This document shows, piece after piece, positions 59,676-64,000 of a stretch of 64,000 nt of DNA. Made by a program: the position numbers and the translations under genes. This stretch comes from Limnothrix sp. BL-A-16 (GTDB lineage: Bacteria; Cyanobacteriota; Cyanobacteriia; CACIAM-69d): positions 4,000,001 to 4,064,000 of the forward strand of contig CP166615.1 in assembly GCA_041937175.2 (NCBI GenBank). Reading direction: 5' to 3'. The notes beneath the pieces are model-generated. The model had not been told where the DNA came from. It was given only the letters and a program-made list of their open reading frames with translations, and ran no database searches. Within the stretch, counting starts at the first letter, position 1. The number at the start of each line of letters is the position of its first letter.

Positions 59676-59898
59676 TCAACGGTTAGGGCGGTTGCCCTGG
59701 GTTTAGTCCATGCCGCAAGGGATGATTTCACCCGTTTTTGAGCGATCGCCCGTTTCAACGGAACGGTACAGTTGAGACGGTTTGGAATTTTGGTGTCCTG
59801 GGGGTTGGCATGGGGTTGATCGCCCGATCGCCCAGCTTTTGCCCGGGTCGCTGCCCAACCGCAAGCCTCAACTTAGCCGTCCGGCAAATTTTTTAGCA

Positions 59899-60801
59899 AT
59901 GGCCGTTATCTGGGAACTGGATTTTTACTCGCGTCCGATTTTAGATGCAGACCAAAAAAAGGTTTGGGAAATCTTGATTTGTGAGAGTCCCACCGACTCG
60001 CGGGCCGATTGGCAATCCCTGTTTCGCTACAGCAAATATTGCTCCAACAGCGAGGTCAATTCCGTGACCCTGATGCAGGCGATCGAAGAGGCGATCGCCA
60101 AGGCGGGCCAGGCCCCCAGCCGGATTCGTTTTTTCCGGCAGGCCATGAAGAACATGATTGTCAAAGCCTGCCAGGATGCGGAGTTGCCCTGCTCCCTCAG
60201 CCACCGCACCCACGCCATCAAGGATTGGATTGCCGATCGGCTCGAAACGGTCTATCCCCAAGAACCGGGCTACCAAGCCACCGCCCAAACGGCGGGCGTG
60301 TTCATGCCGCCACCGGCCGCCCAGCCCTTGCCCGATGCGCTGTTGGGGCAAAAGTGGGCCTTTGTTTCCCTGGAAGCGTCGGCCTTTGGCGAGCTGCATG
60401 AATGGGCGATCGACTTTGGCGAGGCGTTTCCCTTGTCCATGGTCAATTTAGCGCCCGATACGCCAGTTCCCGGGCTGCTGATTTTTTCGCCTCGGGCCAT
60501 GGCCATCTCCGCTTGGATGTCGGGTTTGGAAATGGGCTTTGTGCGGATTGAACAACAGGTGAAGCCCTCCAGCCTGTCAAGCGATCGGGAGGAATTTCCC
60601 GATCGGGTGATTCTGGAAACCGGCATTGGCGATGCTTGGGTGCTCTCGACCTTGCCCAATGCGGCCCAAAAAGCCGAAGGACAAACCTTCGAGGCCCAAA
60701 AGCAAGGAGCACAAGGGGTGCATTTTTTGGCGGTGCAAACCAACCCCGATGAGGAACGCTTTGCGGGCTTTTGGCTCATGCGCGATCGCCGCGACAGCTA
60801 A
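59899..60801 (+). CDS. Tab2/Atab2 family RNA-binding protein
   Basis: WELDFYSRPILD...KKVWE, IRFFR, GVHFLAVQ...FAGFWL. Confidence 0.92.
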   Translation: MAVIWELDFYSRPILDADQKKVWEILICESPTDSRADWQSLFRYSKYCSNSEVNSVTLMQAIEEAIAKAGQAPSRIRFFRQAMKNMIVKACQDAELPCSLSHRTHAIKDWIADRLETVYPQEPGYQATAQTAGVFMPPPAAQPLPDALLGQKWAFVSLEASAFGELHEWAIDFGEAFPLSMVNLAPDTPVPGLLIFSPRAMAISAWMSGLEMGFVRIEQQVKPSSLSSDREEFPDRVILETGIGDAWVLSTLPNAAQKAEGQTFEAQKQGAQGVHFLAVQTNPDEERFAGFWLMRDRRDS

Positions 60802-60926
60802 ACCGTTGATTGACCCCCAAAGTTCAGCCCCCAACTCAACCCCAGCAGAGCAAGACCCAAGGCAACTGGGAATTAGCCCAGCGCGATCGCCCCGCAGCCC
60901 TCAATCAAAACACGCTCAAACCCCCC

Positions 60927-60967
60927 AAAAACTATCCGCTCCTACCCGAAACAACGGATAGGAGCGG
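60927..60967 (-). terminator. Intrinsic terminator of an unannotated minus-strand transcript
   Basis: CCGCTCCTATCCG-TTGTTT-CGGGTAGGAGCGG-ATAGTTTTT; 13-bp stem whose G-U pair works only on the minus strand. Confidence 0.8.
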
Positions 60968-61066
60968 TCTAGCGGGTTATCAACTTGAAACTCAACTGCC
61001 GGGTATTGCGAAAGCTTTAACCGCCCCGTCGAGTGACGTGACCCTTTTTGAAGAGGGAGGGCTTAC

Positions 61067-61141
61067 CTAGGCAACCAGCCCGGTACACAGCCAGTATCCT
61101 CCAACTTGAAAACCCTGAGACATACTACTGCTACTACCCAT
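61067..61141 (-). CDS. 24-aa small ORF MGSSSSMSQGFQVGGYWLCTGLVA
   Basis: AGGAGGTGAT (61155-61146), fully complementary to the 16S 3' end; GGAGG is 8 nt before ATG. Confidence 0.55.
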   Translation of the reverse strand: MGSSSSMSQGFQVGGYWLCTGLVA

Positions 61142-61422
61142 GGGCATCACCTCCTGCTTTATTCAAAGGGCCTCAATCACCTTGAGCCAACTGCTAAAAC
61201 TTGGACATTGCCCGAAGGCTGAATGCCCGCTGTTTCACGTTAAATGGCGGACTAGGCCTGATTGCCATTCAAATTAGCACGTTTTCCAAAAAGGCAGCAA
61301 CCTGGCAGAGTTCATTAATCTAGCAAGCGTTGATCACTGGTCACCCGCAAGCCGTGATTAGTGACTCTCCACTGGCAAGCATGACCTGGCGATTAATCGG
61401 CAAGCACTAATCGGCAATAACC

Positions 61423-62193
61423 ATGGAACGCATCACCCCCATGCCCCCAACCAGCGATCCGAAGGCGGAAATGGCCACGATTTTGCTGGTGGACGATGAG
61501 CAAGCGTTGGCCGATCCGCTCAGTCGGCTTTTGACCCGCGAGGGCTACAGCGTTGATCTGGCCAGCGACGGGCAAGCGGGCTATCAACTGGCCAGCCAAA
61601 ACACCTACGATTTGCTGATTTTGGATTGGATGTTGCCAGAAATCAGCGGGGTGGAAATTTGCCAGCGCCTGCGCCAAATGGGTCAGGGTGTGCCGGTGTT
61701 GTTTTTGACGGCGAAGGACACGATCGACGATCGAGTAGCAGGGTTGGATGCCGGAGCCGATGATTACCTGGTGAAACCCTTTGAGTTGCGGGAGTTGCTG
61801 GCGCGGGTGCGGGCCCTGTTGCGACGGCCCCGAACCACCCCGGACGAGGCCCCAGAAACCCCAACGGGAACCGATCGCCCCGGCCGCTTGCAGTGGCAGG
61901 ATCTTGGCCTCGATTGCGATAACCAGTTGGCCTATCGGGGCGATCGGCTGATTGAACTCTCTGACAAGGAAACCTGTCTATTGGAATACCTGATGCGCCA
62001 TCCGGGGCAAGTGTTGACCCATGACCAGATCTATAACCACCTGTGGCCCACGGGCGATCGCCCCAGCAGCAATGCCTTGGCCGCTCAAATTCGCCTGCTG
62101 CGACGCAAGATTGAAGCCGTGGGCGAACCCCCAGTGATTCACAGTGTCTATGGCAAGGGCTATCGGTTCGGTCTCACGACCGGCGACCCCTAA
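61423..62193 (+). CDS. OmpR-family response regulator (no adjacent kinase)
   Basis: ILLVDD, LDWMLP, LTAKD, DDYLVKPF, winged helix SVYGKGYRF; start may be 61441 or 61471. Confidence 0.93.
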   Translation: MERITPMPPTSDPKAEMATILLVDDEQALADPLSRLLTREGYSVDLASDGQAGYQLASQNTYDLLILDWMLPEISGVEICQRLRQMGQGVPVLFLTAKDTIDDRVAGLDAGADDYLVKPFELRELLARVRALLRRPRTTPDEAPETPTGTDRPGRLQWQDLGLDCDNQLAYRGDRLIELSDKETCLLEYLMRHPGQVLTHDQIYNHLWPTGDRPSSNALAAQIRLLRRKIEAVGEPPVIHSVYGKGYRFGLTTGDP

Positions 62194-62489
62194 ACCCTAA
62201 CCAGCCCATTTTGCGGCCAGCCCATTTTGCGGGCAAGCTACCAGGCCCGGGACAAAGGCCCCCCTCTTCCCGGGGATTGGTGCTCTGATTCAACGATTGA
62301 GCGGCTCAACTCGGAGGCGTTGGTCGTGAAGCGATTGACGCTCCGAGTCCATGACTCGCGCACTAACTCAATCGGTCAGTGGGTTGGAGGCTTGTCAATT
62401 ATGAAGAAACGATGAAGACGTAGTTCAAAAAAATCAAAAATCGGTGCAAAAGCGTTTACTGAAAGGCTGATCTTCTTGATAGATCAACC

Positions 62490-62942
62490 TCACAGATAAA
62501 AACGCTCTTCATCGTCATCGACAGCTTCAAAGTTTCGCAGCAAGACTCGATCGAATACAGCATCAAGGGCCGCATCGTCAAAGTCCGTTGATCGCTGCTC
62601 TTGCAACGGATTCGATAGGGGATAGAGCTGTAGTTGTCTCCGGTCTTGAACTAAATAGAAATAGGGTTCCAAATCTGTTGTTTGGCCAATTTCTAAATAA
62701 TCAAAGCTACAAACATTCAGGTAGAGCGTTCGGTTCGCAACCAACGTTGCCTGATGCTCATCGGCAAAGACATCAAGGACGAGACCTTCTCCGGTGCTCG
62801 TGGTTGTGCCGTCCTGGATATGCGTGTAGCGCACCCGATTCAGCCCAGCGAGCAGTTTTTGCATATCCTGCTTGTTGGCAATGATGCCACGATCGACAAT
62901 GCAGGGAGCCGGTAATTGCGTTGTAGATGGACGTTTGTTCAT
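62490..62942 (-). CDS. Conserved cyanobacterial hypothetical protein
   Basis: LPAPCIVDRGII.NKQDM...TLVANRTLYLNVCSFDYL. Confidence 0.75.
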   Translation of the reverse strand: MNKRPSTTQLPAPCIVDRGIIANKQDMQKLLAGLNRVRYTHIQDGTTTSTGEGLVLDVFADEHQATLVANRTLYLNVCSFDYLEIGQTTDLEPYFYLVQDRRQLQLYPLSNPLQEQRSTDFDDAALDAVFDRVLLRNFEAVDDDEERFYL

Positions 62943-63498
62943 GACAACCCAAGCTGAGGCGCACGCCTAAAGATATCTTGCTCGATCTTATCGGAAGGTC
63001 TTCACTTGTGCGCTGAGAAAATTACTGAAGTTGTTGGCTTGAGATTAACTCAGATCGAGAGCGATCGCCAACTGGGAAAAAATCAGGATGATTGAATCGA
63101 TCGATGGGCCGATCTCAGCATTGCTCCCCCCTGAGAAGCGGCAGCAAAATTGATGCCTAAGAATCATGCCCCCCAAAAAATATGTGACCTGCACTGATCG
63201 AAAGCCCATCGAAAGCGATTGGAACCGATCGAACCCAATCGCAAACCAAATCAGAATGATGATTCATCCATTTCGACAGTTTCAATCAAAATGGAACCGT
63301 AGTTCTACGGAGAGAGAAAGGGGCAAAAACGCTCAGTAATTTCCAGGGTAACAACTACCAACGGGCCCTTACCACTCACCGAGCGCGTAACCTGATGGAC
63401 GAGCCGGGGAAATGGCCCATCCCCCAGCCTGACTGTCGATGGCTCAAAGCTGGCTCCCAGAGCCGCAGCGGAGTTGAATTGAATGGAGATTGCTCCCT

Positions 63499-64000
63499 AT
63501 GACGGAACCCCGACGATCGGCTAAATCAACAGCTAATTCTTCGCCGAACCCCGCGCCCAAGTCTTCCTCGAAACCCTCACCGCCCCGATCAGCTCGATCG
63601 CCCCGTGACCCCTGGTGGCAACCCTGGCGATCGGCGGGGCTACACTTGCTGGCGGGGTTGGCGTTTTATACGGTGCTGCCTGTTCCCTGGCAAGGATCCT
63701 TGGACTTTCGGGGCATTGCTCGCCTTGCGCCGTTGATTGGGGCGTTCTTGGGGCTGTTGGTGGGTTTGGGGGATGGCCTGTTGGGCTGGGTTGGGGTGCC
63801 AATTCTGACGCGCAGTGCGATCGCGGTGTTGGGCTGGCTGGCTTTGACGGGGGGGCTGCACCTCGATGGGGCGATCGATACGGCCGACGGGCTGGCGGTG
63901 CAAGATCCCCAACGCCGTTTGACCGTGATGGCCGACAGCACCACCGGAGCCTTTGGGGCCATGGCTGCGGCCGCAATTCTGTTGTTAAAAACGGTGGCCC
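63499..64000 (+). CDS. cobS: Cobalamin synthase (partial, runs off window end)
   Basis: Not in ORF track; translated by hand: AFYTVLP...[16 protein letters not shown]...[14 protein letters not shown] before ATG 63499. Confidence 0.9.
   Translation, partial: MTEPRRSAKSTANSSPNPAPKSSSKPSPPRSARSPRDPWWQPWRSAGLHLLAGLAFYTVLPVPWQGSLDFRGIARLAPLIGAFLGLLVGLGDGLLGWVGVPILTRSAIAVLGWLALTGGLHLDGAIDTADGLAVQDPQRRLTVMADSTTGAFGAMAAAAILLLKTVA

Larger units (their letters stand above)
60927..61264 (-). ncRNA. Putative structured small RNA / small-ORF mRNA
   Basis: Promoter-like elements, UUCG hairpin, perfect SD, sORF, and alternative 3' stems ending in a terminator. Confidence 0.55.

Noticed and set aside
60961..61027. 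GGGGCGG...CCGCTCC pairing as a tmRNA/tRNA-like acceptor stem
   Set aside because: No T-arm (GTTC.A.TC), no CCA end, and no tag-peptide resemblance
60810..61070. 86-aa plus-strand ORF after tab2
   Set aside because: TTG start, no RBS or motifs; it overlaps stems whose G-U pairs indicate the minus strand
61146..61155. ATCACCTCCT as a 16S rRNA 3' fragment
   Set aside because: Only 10 nt match and flanks are not rRNA; better read as a minus-strand SD
63360..63498. Cobalamin riboswitch or hammerhead upstream of cobS
   Set aside because: No B12-box or GCAACTGT-type core; CTGATGG does not match the CUGAUGA hammerhead core
1..64000. Very high GCGATCGC/CGATCG density
   Set aside because: Known cyanobacterial HIP1 repeat; useful for taxonomy but not novel

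Overview
Cyanobacterial chromosomal window: the HIP1 octamer GCGATCGC and its CGATCG core are very dense, and it carries cyanobacteria-type genes (ebsA, mgdA, Tab2, LabA-family). A filamentous Limnothrix-like host is a guess only. Most of it is housekeeping or conserved genes: two GNATs, UDG, DRTGG protein, modAB, holB, tmk, fmt, aspC, lptC, metG, an RNase R-like protein and partial cobS. More AT-rich accessory blocks are (1) an orphan ABC substrate-binding protein paired with a Cache/HAMP kinase, (2) an iron-uptake cluster (short AraC, exbB-exbD-tonB, two tandem TonB-dependent receptors, a lipoprotein, a PepSY-TM protein), and (3) a cysteine hydrolase lacking its catalytic Asp paired with a PAS kinase. 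There is also a tandem GT39 duplication. The most unusual signals are non-coding. One is a self-contained ~340-nt minus-strand unit at 60927-61300 with a promoter, structured leader, perfect Shine-Dalgarno, 24-codon ORF with its amber stop in a hairpin loop, and competing terminator/antiterminator stems. The other is an orphan IS200/IS605 right-end (omegaRNA-like) remnant at 26955-27060 whose TCAA end supplies the stop codon of the neighbouring gene. No rRNA, tRNA or CRISPR array was seen. All family calls are by eye from motifs; no searches were run.
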